From: Podarcis muralis
Lineage: Eukaryota
Direction: 5' to 3'
NCBI RefSeq assembly: GCF_964188315.1
Contig: NC_135659.1
Location: 71,548,001-71,612,000 of the forward strand
DNA length: 64,000 nt
The notes under the pieces are model-generated. The model searched no databases and was not told the DNA's origin. It saw only the letters and a program-made list of their open reading frames with translations. This document shows, one piece after another, positions 25,051 to 35,888 of this stretch. Within the stretch, counting starts at the first letter, position 1; each line of letters begins with the position of its first letter. Position numbers and translations under genes: made by a program.

Positions 25051-28000
25051 CAAAATGTACATTTCGGCTGGTCTTCAATTCCTGAGGAACAGATATGTGG
25101 AATGTATTTGCCTTAGCAAACATATTTGCCTTAGTTATCTTAACACCAGCTATTGGAATGTAGCTCCCTAGACTAGGTATGTTCAGCTTATTGTGTGCAT
25201 GACCTGGCATAGGGTGCCAGCCCTATTCCCCCTAGCAAGAAAGTTGTGCAAATATCTTTTTTCAAGATAAGGAGGGGATAGAACTGACCATTGCCCGTAA
25301 TTATTTTCTCACCATAGAGTCCTGGGTAGTGGACCCACCATGCTAGTATGCAGTGCAAGTTCGGGATCTTTTATTTTTTATTTTGTAGGCAAGCAAAGCA
25401 GAGAGCCCTGCCTTGTTTCTCTTGCAAAAGATGCCACTTTTAGCTGTTAGAGTTCAAGCAGAGGTGTGCGCTGTAAGAGGAATAGGCAACAGGCCTTTGA
25501 ATTTTCAAATGTTCCAGCATGTCACCTGCTTCGGCATATTTACCAGTTGCAACATGCTCTGGCAAATAAATATTTTTACTTTCTGAAAAGTGAAAGGTTA
25601 TCCTATATGCCCTCAAGTGCAGCTGGTACCATGATGCAAAGGATAAAAGCTGATGTTGAAACTGTGCACCAGTGGCATTTTTGTTTCTGTGCTTGTGCAA
25701 TTACTACTTTGTATACGGAAAGGTACTAACCACATTTTAATCAGGTAGAAGAACAGGCTGGCAATTTTTATTTTTATTTTAAAATTGCCTTTGCATTCAA
25801 TTCTTGGATTCTAGTGGTTAGATGCTCTGCATTGCGTTGGTTGACCCTGAGTAGCAGTGGAATATCTGGAATAAATTATCCAAATCCCCTGCAATAATGC
25901 CAGGGGGTGGCATTAGAAAGATGCAGTGATGCAAAGGAAATAGCTTGGTGACAGAATAAAACAAAGCTGGAATGAATTCCAGTCCATTGCGTTGCATTGG
26001 TAATGTTTAAATTGAGTTCCTGCCCCTCTCGAAGCCCGAATTGAAACCAAAATTAAAATTGTATTCAGAATACAACCATTTGTTACACAGATAGCTGGGG
26101 GAAATGCGCATGGTTCTGCTGAAACTTCGCACCTTCCTCATTTTGGCCAGTTAGCAGTGATCTGGCAAGTATATTCATGCTTTTGTCCAGATACATTTAA
26201 GGAACAATAGCACCTATGCATGCTTATAGCACATGATAGATTGAAGCAGTGGTAGACTTATCATCTTCACAGAAATAATTACAGGCATGTCTCCCTCAAA
26301 TGCTGGTGTAAGTAAGACCAAGGTTTGTCCTGTAATATACACTGCAGCTTTATATACCATAAATGTTGATGAAAGGATAGGGTCACAAGCATTAGCCTCC
26401 ACCACACCCTAGGAAGAGTTCTGAACTGGGTGTGGGTTGATGGGTGAGTTTTATTAATGGTATTTTAGCAGAGCTTAAATATTAGGCAACGCATATGAAG
26501 TGCTTTCCATGTGGGAATTTACAGTGTTTGAAGCAGTCCATTTGAAGATCCTCCATTTGTACAGTTATAAGACGTACTATCAGAACATCTGGAAAGACGA
26601 TCTAGTCTCTGTTGCATCAGCGCTTTCCCTTTTCTGACACTTCTATTATCAGGCGAAGAGAATAATTATCTGTAGGGAGGATGTAGCGTCCTAGGAGAAA
26701 GTTTATACACTGTAATCTGAGTCTGTTTGAATTCCCAGTCTCCTCACTCTTCCGAGAGTTCTTAGACTTCCTGTTCACCTATATTGGTCTGCTGCACTTA
26801 AATATATGAATAAGACTATTATGTACACACACACACTTTTGCAAGCATGCTCTGCACAACCCCCCTTTTTTGGAAAAACATCTAGCTACATATAAATATA
26901 TGATTTGTGTGAAATGAAAAAGAACCTTAGCAGAAAATTACTGTACAAGGTCCATCTACCTTCTCTGTGCAAATGCTTGGCAGCCATATGTTTAATTGGT
27001 GGCTCCAGGCTGATAGATTAGCAGTTGTTGAGTACAAATAAAATATTGTAGTTAAACTTTCTGTGTAGCTGTGCTTGGAATTCTATGTCCAAAAAAATGC
27101 TCTTTGAATAAATAACACAAATATGGCCAGTGTTCAAAAATCACCTCAATTTAAATGCTTTATGCAGTTTGCCAAATTGCACGTGGTCTGTGTTTCTTTA
27201 AATCCGAAAATGAGGGAAAGGGATGGGAGGCATGAAGAAGTATTGTTGAGGATATGGATATATAGGGAGAGGAGAGTGGAGAATGGGACTGGGACCGGGA
27301 CCGGGATTAAATTTGTGCTTTGTAAGGGTACCCTGTCCCCCTGTCCATTTGACTCATACCTTCTTTTTGGACTCCTGAGTTTTATAGGATATCTTTCATG
27401 TTGGTTTTTTTGGATTTTAAATTCTATTGTAAACTTCCTTGAGATAAATGTTCACAAAGGGTGGGGTAAATAGATCCCAGTAAACAGATAGCAGCTCATC
27501 TCTTCAAATCTGTATGGCCGAAGGAGGCTAATACTACTAGTAGTACTGCTAGTAGCAGTAAAATTCATCGTTGCCAGGCAGGCTCCTTGATTTGGTATTA
27601 AATCTCCAAACTGGGAGCACTAGAGCTACAATGCCCACATCCATATGGCCTCAGCCTGAAGTCTTCTTGACATTTGAACCCCTTGAGGGATGTTCAAGCA
27701 TTTGAAAAAACCAGGCTCCAAAAGCATTACGTTTTGTAAGTTAACTTTGCCGTGCAGGCTTTCCATTGAACCTTGGTGTGGAGGCTGTGCTTAGAATTCC
27801 AAAGCAGCACGAATGCTCACTTGCTTGCGTCAAAGGATAAACAGTCACTGTCTTTTCTTCTCTTTCATGTGAGATTTTTCTGTGCCTGGATCTGGTGCAG
27901 TGAATTTTTTTGCATGCGCAAGGACAACAATGCAGGACATTCTAGAGAGTTAATAATAGCTGCCTTTTTCAACTGCGGCTGATGCAATGTCAGGCCTGAC

Positions 28001-28259
28001 CGTTGCAACTGAATGTTCACACTGTATTGGCCATCTGGAAAGGAGGCATTGAGTGCCTGGTGGAGAGTTTCTTTTCTGGGGAGGAATTTGTCAGTTTTTT
28101 CCCCTCCCTCAGTGAGCTATGGAAACAGGAAATGAACTAATTTTATAACCAAACAGTCATTTCTTATGAGGTAATATTCCTTGAGGGGAAAATTCAAATC
28201 CTCAGAGTTCCACAGGGAATTTGAGCAAATAAGTCTCCAAACTGTATAGTATTTCCTAA

Positions 28260-28539
28260 CGGTTTGGAGGGCGGGGGTTGTGGGGCGGGGGAGGGGAGGC
28301 ATTGGGAGATCTGTGAGAGCAGAGCGGGGATTTCTCTCTGCCCTTGTCTTTTGCAGGGAAGAGAACAGATTCAACCGTTAGCAATGTGCTTTTAGTCACA
28401 GTTATTTGGCTCTGTTTTGGAATGAGCCAGAAACACACTCCCAACTGTAAAAGCTGACTTCCTCCTTCCCTGCCATGTCACGGGGCCTTTCAAAAGGGAA
28501 ATGTTTTCCTCTGTTTCAGCACGTTGCTCCGCCTTCGAG
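28260..28539 (+). promoter_or_regulatory. Candidate internal promoter / alternative exon (GC boxes, acceptor before 28357, ATG 28501, donor after 28539)
   Basis: Two GGGCGG boxes (about 28268-28290), several CpGs, acceptor cttttgcAG|G, donor GAG|gtgaat; ATG TTT TCC...GAG gives 13 codons in phase 0. Confidence 0.4.
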
Positions 28540-30656
28540 GTGAATTCACACATACAAAAACTAGGCCTTGGTTTCATCCGCAGGGTTTATTTAGGAGCAA
28601 GCCCTCGTAAGACCTAGAAAAGTCAAAAAGGTTCTGTTTCCTTAACCTTACCCACTTCAAACCCCCCACCCCCAGCGGTCCTACATAATCTTAGAGTTGA
28701 TTCAAACATGCATTAAAAAAATGTGTTGAACAGGCTGTCCTGACCATGGCACTTAGTACTAAATGCATCATGGTTTTTTTGTGATCATGTGAACATAAGC
28801 ATTTGGTGGGAGACTTGAAGATGACGCTAGGATAGATGGAGAATTAGATACTTTGGAATTTGATCAGCTCTCTTCTGTTTGCTAAATCAGTAACCAATTG
28901 CAAGTTGACTCCTTATAAGTTTTTCTTTCTCTTGAAACCTGGAGCATGACTAAACCTTTCCGCTACTGAACCTTCACCAAACTGGTTGTTAGTTCTGAAG
29001 GGTGCATACAGCTACCTGATTTTTCTTTTTCTTTGCAGCTAATTGCAGCTTGGAGAGGAAGGATTCCCCTTGGGGAAACAGTTGATGGGCAAAGTTTTAA
29101 ACTCTCAATTCCTCCACCCCAAGTGCAATTGTCCAAATCCAAATAATCCCCTGTGGCTTATTTTAGGAAAACAAAAAGGCATTGGGAGATCCAATCACAG
29201 ATCACACACATCATATTTAGAGTGACTCTTGGGGCAATTACTGAAATCTTAAGGAAAGGAAAATTAAGAAGGGGCTAGGAAGAAACTACTGTGTGTTGTA
29301 GACAGTGATGGATCAGTTCATTTGCAGTTTGGGGACAGGAGATAATATAATGTTATGGAAAAGGATACATTGTATCTGCTTCAGATCATCTCTGGTTCTC
29401 AAAGTCCTGTACTTCACCCCCTCAGAACCCAATATAGTCCATTAAAAATTAGTAGTACAGCTCTGGAAATATCACATATGCAAAATAGATTATCCAGAAT
29501 GTGGGTGATTCTGGAGCATTTGAGGCTCATTTATAGTATTTCTCTTTGTATGGATACAATTGTTGCTTTTAATAGCTGATCAGTGCTTTAATTTGGGGTG
29601 GGGGTGAATTTGGCGAATATATCAAAAGTATATGTTTAAAATTATTCAGATTGGTCCGTCAGACTGACTGTCTCTCCTTCCCTAGCAAACTACCCTCTTC
29701 ATTCTGGGTTAAGCACAGAATCTTCATCTGTATAAGATTCAAATTTTCAAAATTATGGGAGAGACGAATCTCTCTTCTCCTGGTGGGAGTGGTGTTCCTT
29801 TGGCCAGTGTTCGTCTTAGACAGCTGGGCTCTTTTAAGGATCTGTTTAGAATTGTAGCCCCAAACTCCAAACTAGCAATAAGTTCAGCTGAGCATAGTGG
29901 GGCTTTGTTCTGAGCAAACACACATGAGAGTACACAGCATATGCATTTTCACATGATACTAATATGAGGCAGGGTGATCTACTTGGGGAGTGACAAGTCT
30001 TCTCCACCCCAGTTTTGGAGTTGGGGGCCCAATCTTATTCCCCTCTCATCTCCCTTCAGTTATTGAACTTCAGGAAAGACCAAATACTTTAAGAGTTCTG
30101 TGACAAGGCTTTCTTTGTTCGAAGCCATACCAATAAAAAACCCCTTGTGTTTGAGCTGGCACTTTTAATCCACAGACAAAATAAGCCTTATTTTATTTTT
30201 TCTTGCAAACAGTGCCACAGATTAGATGTAAATTGTACAGCCTAAAAATGCAGTCTTTGTGTGTCAGAGTTTAAGCTAACTTAGAGATGTGCAGCACTGT
30301 GGACCCAGGGCAAAGCTGTTCTATTACTAGATTAGTTCATTCTGTTTATATTCTACAGAATGTAGCCCAAAGGACAAGTTTCTAGAAATTGAAAAGTGTG
30401 ACCATTCTGCCCTTGAGGACTGGAATGGCAAGGGAAACACTATTTTCTATAAACTGTTGCCACTTGTGTCGGAAAGTTCCTGAGGGGGCTACTTTGGGGG
30501 CAGAAGAGACCAGACTAGCTAATGCAGGAGTGTCAAATCTTGTATCTGGAAACAATCAATCTGCAGTGTGTGTAGGGAGGCTCACATGTATATTTCAAAG
30601 GTAGTAAAACTGATACCACAGTGTACTCGTGTAAAAGGAACTGATTCCGTATTGGG

Positions 30657-30794
30657 CAGGGCTAGCCAACATGGTGCCCTCCTGATGTTCTTGGACTCCA
30701 ATTCCCTTCAGCCCTAGCTAGCACAACCAGCGGTCAAGGATGATGGGAATTGTAGTCCAGCTACACCTGCCAGGCAACAGATAGGCTACCCCTA
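30657..30794. mobile_element. Small palindromic hAT-type MITE (old copy)
   Basis: CAGGGCTAGCCAAC...GGCTACCCCT termini; internal GATGTTCTTGGACTCCAATTCCC / GATGGGAATTGTAGTCC. Confidence 0.55.
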
Positions 30795-31096
30795 GCATAA
30801 GGTATACCAAACTTTCCTCCACTCAAGCAAAAGGGAAGCAAGACAATATTCCAGGATCATTGAGATAAAGAGGTTAATCACCGGAAACAAACAAAATGGC
30901 CAGCAGATTTTGCCCCATCTTGGCTTGCCTATGTGACATGCATGTAGATGTTACAAAGTTCAAGTATGTGGATTGTTAGTTTTAACATGCCATAATAAAG
31001 GTTAGCCTCAGGGATAATCTGTTTTGCACAGAGCACCCTGCCCAAAGTGTCATTTTTAGTAATTCTTGCACCGTTTGTACCTTTCTTTTATGCTAG

Positions 31097-32326
31097 GAGG
31101 ACAGCGCAGACCTCAAGTGTCAATTGCATTTCGCTAAGGAGGAATCTGCTCTGATGTGCAAGAAACTGACCAAGTTAGCCAAAGAGAACGACAGTATGAA
31201 GGAGGAGCTGACGAAGTACAGATCCTTGTATGGGGACCTGGAGAGCTCCCTCTCCATAGAGGAACTGGCTGACTCCCCTCATTCCAGAGAGGCAGAGCTG
31301 AAAGTCCACCTGAAGCTTGTAGAGGAAGAAGCCAACATCTTGAGCCGGAGGATAGTAGAGCTTGAGGTTGAGAACCGAGGGCTGAGGGCAGAGATGGAAG
31401 ACATGAGGGGCCAAGGAGACAAAGAACTCTTAGGGCAAGACATCCGGTTTGCCTTCTCCATGACAAACTGCGGGGACTCTGGGGACAGTGTGGTGGAGCT
31501 TAGGCGGCACTTGCAGTTTGTGGAGGAGGAGGCAGAACTGCTGAGGCGCTCGCTGATGGAGTTGGAGGAGCAGAACAAGCTCCTCATGAATGAGCTCAAT
31601 AAGTACAAGTCAGACCATGACCTGGACATCACTCTGTCTGAGGACAGCTGCTCAGTGATTAGTGAGACCTCCCAAGAAGAACTGGCCACGGCCAAGGTCC
31701 AAATCAGTGAGCTGAGTGGCAAGGTTAAGAAACTCCAGTATGAGAACCGTGTCCTGCTCTCCAACTTGCAGCGCTGTGACCTTGCTTCCTGCCAGACCAC
31801 TCGGCCCATGCTGGAGACGGATGCTGAGGCTGGTGACTCTGCCCAGTGCATCCCAACGTCGCTTTGGAGAGAGGTGCCCATTGGGGGAGAGAATGATGCC
31901 AAGGAGAGAGCACCTGGCAATGGCTTTAGCAAGTCGCATGAAAGCAGCCCCTGCAGGCTTCTCAAGTCCAAGGACTTTGAGACCCTCCTTGACATCAGGG
32001 ACCAGGCTGCGCTTGTCAGCAAAGCCATTGATGTCCTGATCTCTGATGCCAATGGCTTCACCTCCAGTCTCAAGCTCTGCATGGACAACGACTGTGCAGA
32101 GCTGGTGCTGAGCGAAGCCATGGATAATGAGAGTATGACTGACTCTAAGCTGATCAGTGCCATTTTGATGAGGCTTGGGGTCCTTCAGCAGGAGCTAAAC
32201 ACCTTCATGAGGAAGGTGGACTACATTGGAGACCACCTGAAAGACCAGAAGGACTCCTTGCCAAGCGCCAGCTCCCAGGATTCCACAAAAGAGGCTCTGC
32301 AGAAAACCCATGGCTCTGAATTCCAG
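31097..32326 (+). CDS. MTCL2: MTCL2 large coiled-coil exon (EDSADLKCQLHFAKEES...HGSEFQ, 410 aa)
   Basis: Acceptor ttatgctAG|GAG, donor CAG|gtgagg; 1230 nt, phase 0/0; overlaps ORF 31124..32356; SOGA-domain coiled coils. Confidence 0.97.
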
Positions 32327-33115
32327 GTGAGGCTTTTCCTGAGATGTCAACAGTGACTCCCTGGCAGTGATTATTGCTTTATTTGCCCATGCTGTTTTTT
32401 CCTGCTTTAACAAATCAGAACCTGGCCCTGTTAATGTAACTTCCCTTTTCTGCCTCTCTTTTCTGAAATGACAACTAACAACTGGCTCACTGCATGGAAC
32501 TGTGGCTAGTGATGAGGTAGGACTCTGGTTTAGTGGAGTGTGCATGAGGCAGGAGGAATATTGCTTTGAGAAGTGGAAACCACATTACAGCTGCTGCTGA
32601 AGAATTATTTAGTACCAGCTGCAGTCCATCATCATCTGGGGGACACTAAGTTGGAGAAGACCGGTCTAGGACAACAGCAGCTAGTGGAGCATCACTGCAC
32701 ACCTTGCCTCCTGGCAATTGTATTGCTACTGCTTGCAGGTAGTGGCATTGTGTGGGCTGCATCGGCAACTGCACCGCATTGGTGCTACCGATGTGCCCAC
32801 ACAGTACCCTTCCAGGTCATCCCTTCTGGTAAATGGTACTGCTGCTGTTGCCAGGAGGCCAGGCACATGCTGCTGCCATTCCCTATGGCTGCTCCTGATC
32901 TAAGGTAAGACCTAAGAAAGGGAAGGGGATCTGGGGAGGGGTCGCAACCTCCTGAAGCACACTCCAGTTTTTCAGAGTTCTATTTTTGTGCATGCTCCTG
33001 GCCCCCCCTCCCTTCCTCCCTCAACTAGCCCCACCCCAGGCACTGCATGGCACCATAACTGGTGTTTGCACATTTTTTCCCTCTCTCTCTTTTCCCCCCT
33101 CCCCAAACAATCCAG

Positions 33116-33217
33116 CCCACGTGTCTGCTCATTTTGTGTCTCCTTTTGTTTTCCACTTTGTCTTCTGCCACGGTAGTGAAGTTCCTCCTCCTCTTCATCC
33201 TTTTTGTTGTCTTGTAG
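33116..33217 (+). CDS. MTCL2: Putative alternative terminal exon encoding a hydrophobic membrane-anchor tail (PTCLLILCLLLFSTLSSATVVKFLLLFILFVVL*)
   Basis: A long pyrimidine tract and AG-free zone end in tccAG|CCC. In frame with the phase-0 donor at 32326; 33 codons plus TAG; one charged residue; resembles my recollection of the SOGA3 C-terminal tail. No transcript evidence is available here. Confidence 0.7.
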   Translation, partial: PTCLLILCLLLFSTLSSATVVKFLLLFILFVVL

Positions 33218-33310
33218 CTCTTATTGTTCCTGAGACCCATTGTTTTGTTTGTTTTTTCTTTTCTTTTCTGCTCTTTTGGTTTGTTCTCATTAACTTGCCC
33301 ATGCATGCAG

Positions 33311-33484
33311 CAGTCTGACTTTAGGGAGCCCCCCGACTGGGACATCACGGAGAGCAGGACCTCTGATCTCTACCGCAGTAGCAGCAGCAACAGCACCGCC
33401 ACCATGGATGTGGATCCCAACATGGAACTTGACCGGAGCTACAAGTCATATCAACCAGAGGAGAAGGACTCCTATGTGTCTGAG
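33311..33484 (+). CDS. MTCL2: MTCL2 coding exon (QSDFREPPDW...DSYVSE)
   Basis: Acceptor catgcAG|CAG (tandem CAGCAG, so the start may be 33314), donor GAG|gtaggc; 174 nt, phase 0/0. Confidence 0.92.
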
Positions 33485-33813
33485 GTAGGCGTCAAAGTAT
33501 GTGATTATGTTCCCAAAGGGAGGCAAGAAGGCTGGAGACTCCGGGGAGAATAAGTTGACTGCAGAAATACTAGATCAACATATTTCATGTGGGTGGAAAA
33601 AAGAATGGCATGGCCCATATACAAATCTTGTGTTACCTATCCCAGTGTCACATGACAAGTTAGAAACAGGTGGACATGGCTGGAGACTGGGGAAATAGCC
33701 TAATAGGCCTAATTTGACCTACAGATCGGAGGTTCCTCACCATGACAACAGGATGTTACATACAGGCCAAGGTCACTCCCTGCAAGAAGTTGGCTGTTCT
33801 TCCATGGGCCTTT

Positions 33814-33819
33814 AATAAA
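33814..33819 (+). terminator. Candidate intronic polyadenylation signal (AATAAA)
   Basis: First AATAAA I found downstream of the putative hydrophobic-tail exon; ATTAAA at 33862 and a GU-rich tract near 33847-33860 follow. Confidence 0.35.
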
Positions 33820-33880
33820 AATATATTGCAAGGATGACCTACCTGACTGTTGTTGGCTTTGATTAAACTATTCCCCGCAG

Positions 33881-34006
33881 ATCAAAGAATTGCAACTGGT
33901 CCTTTCAGAGGCTAATGAGAGCTTGAGGGGCCAACAAGAACAGCTCTCCCAGGAGAGGCAACTGAGGAAAGAGGAAGCAGAGAACTTCACCCAGAAAATC
34001 TGCCAG
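33881..34006 (+). CDS. MTCL2: MTCL2 coding exon (IKELQLVLSEANESLR...TQKICQ)
   Basis: Acceptor ccccgcAG|ATC, donor CAG|gtcagt; 126 nt, phase 0/0. Confidence 0.95.
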
Positions 34007-34369
34007 GTCAGTGAGATTTGCCTGGAGCCACTCTCCAGGCTGGAAGCTGAGACATGCAACAAGAGTACAGGAGGGACTAAAGGCACAGAGCTTAATCCCT
34101 CCCATTACTTCAGGCACATCCTAGTGCAGCATTGTATGAAAGCACAAAGCAGCTGCTACCTAGTTTGGCTGCCAGGAAAGAGGCAAATGCTTCCATATGA
34201 CCCCTTAACATGCTGAGAGTACATTATCCATAACAAACATGATCTGAAAACAAACCTGAACTCGGCAGTCCTCTAGCAGCCAAGCAGAGTCATCTATGGG
34301 TTCTCTAGCTTTCATATAAAGATAGCCATTCTTTGTGAGACCTCTTCTGTCTCTCAAATCTCTCTCAAA

Positions 34370-34726
34370 CTTGGAAGCTGGATGTTGGAAGATTCAGAGC
34401 AGACAAAAGAAAGTACTTCTTTGCACAGCCCACATAGTTAAATCGTGGAATTTGCTTCTGTGGGTTATAGTGATGGCTGTCAATTTGGATGAGCTTAAAA
34501 TACTACTAGAGAAATCCATGGAAAATTGAGTTAGTAATGGTTACTAGGCATGAAGTCTGTGTTCTGCTTCCACTCTTGGAGGCTAAATACTTCTGTTGCT
34601 GGGGATCCCAGGTGGAGAGAGTGCTGTTGTCCTGAGGTTCTGCTTCCCATAGGCATCTGTTTAGCCACAGTGAAAATAGAGTGCTGGACTAGATGGACCT
34701 TCAACCTTGTTCTTCTTGTTCTCTTG
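34370..34726 (+). mobile_element. CR1 LINE 3' fragment (ORF2 end and 3' UTR)
   Basis: Frameshifted peptide GRFRADKRKYFFAQ..IVKSWNLL matches the CR1 ORF2 C-terminal RKYFFSQRVVxxWNxLP motif; typical 3' UTR follows. Confidence 0.75.
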
Positions 34727-35411
34727 CCTACTTTGTTCTGAGTGATGAATGGCAATCACTAGAATCCTCTAGTCATGTCTGGAACTTAGATATTTGCCCA
34801 GATGCATCAGCCACAGCAACAAGTGCCAGTAAAATATTGTGGCAAAAGGTCATTCATGGGAGTTATTAGTCAGGCCTCTGGGTGTATTTTACCTGCGAGT
34901 TTTGTATTTAGGCAACAGGCATGAATTGCAGCAGCTTGGGAAATACAGTTGATAAACACAAAAGTAACAACCCCAGAATTCTGGGATTTCTAGCTGCAGA
35001 AATTTTGGGAAGCATGTGAAGTGTCAGTGGAAAACTCAAGACATTTACTGAGTTGGAAGTTTGAGATGGGGATGATGATGGCTATGTCCTAGCCCAGAAG
35101 CCATCTTTGTGGTTTTTCATTGACATGTGCTCATAAACCAATGGTGCTTCTATCCTTTCTCTGTCTGCTACCATCCTGGTCCTTTCCAAAATACTCATCC
35201 CCCCCCCCTAAAACTAGTCATAGCCCCAAAACTGAGCAGCTAAAGTGAACTTGTGTGGATGTGAAAATTCTTTTATAAAGGATGTGAATGCCTGTGTCTC
35301 CAGACTTGGGAGTTTCTTTGCTCAGCAATCCTTGATTATTTTGGTGTACTCACCCTGTTACTTCACTCCCTATAACAAACCTGCTTTCCATCTCTTCCCA
35401 TCCTCTGTCAG

Positions 35412-35642
35412 TTGAAGGAAGATCACCAGAAGGCCCTCTTGAGGCGAGAATTTGAGCTGCAGAGCCTGAATCTTCAGAGGAGGCTGGAGCAAAAGTTCTG
35501 GAGCCAGGAGAAGAACCTTCTGGTGCAGGAATCCCAGCAGTTCAAGCAAAATTTCTTGCTCCTTTTCATGAAGCTCAAGTGGTTTCTGAAGCATTGGAGG
35601 CAGGGAAAGATCCTACAAAATGAGGGCAATGACTTCTTAGAG
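35412..35642 (+). CDS. MTCL2: MTCL2 coding exon (LKEDHQKALLRREFELQSL...GNDFLE)
   Basis: Acceptor ctctgtcAG|TTG, donor GAG|gtatgg; 231 nt, phase 0/0; contains the conserved FLLLFMKLKWFLKHWRQG. Confidence 0.96.
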
Positions 35643-35888
35643 GTATGGCAGGCTTTGAGCATGAGCTTCTCTGCTGACTAGTCAAAAGTATACTACTGAC
35701 ATTAAAGCAGATAATTCTGATCTTTTAAATCATGTGTTTTTGCTTCTATTAATTGCTTTGAGTTTGTTTTTCTACACTTCAATAAATTGCATAGATAGCC
35801 ACAACCCATGTATTTTTGCTGTATCACAAACAGAAGGGAGAGAAACAGAGTGAATGAGGCTGCAATAATAGTGTGGATGAACTACATC

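Noticed and set aside
27532-27560. Two overlapping short palindromes (TACTACTAGTAGTA; TACTGCTAGTAGCAGTA)
   Set aside because: Low-complexity TAC/TAG repeats produce these readily, and the arms are only 7-8 bp.
29020-29146. Strong-looking acceptor at 29037-29038
   Set aside because: The in-frame reading stops after 35 codons with no good donor and no adjacent poly(A) signal noticed; likely a pseudo-acceptor.
31279-32163. 294-aa antisense ORF and other overlapping ORFs on the big coiled-coil exon
   Set aside because: Shadow frames: Glu/Leu/Gln-rich coding (GAG, CTG, CAG) depletes stops on the opposite strand, and the peptide is S/L-rich with no independent start or splice signals.
32573-32908. 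111-aa ORF with a hydrophobic stretch (CLLAIVLLLLAGSGIVWAA) as a separate small membrane protein
   Set aside because: Non-ATG start, no promoter evidence and no in-frame splice link found. The 90-nt cassette in another frame is the better-supported reading.
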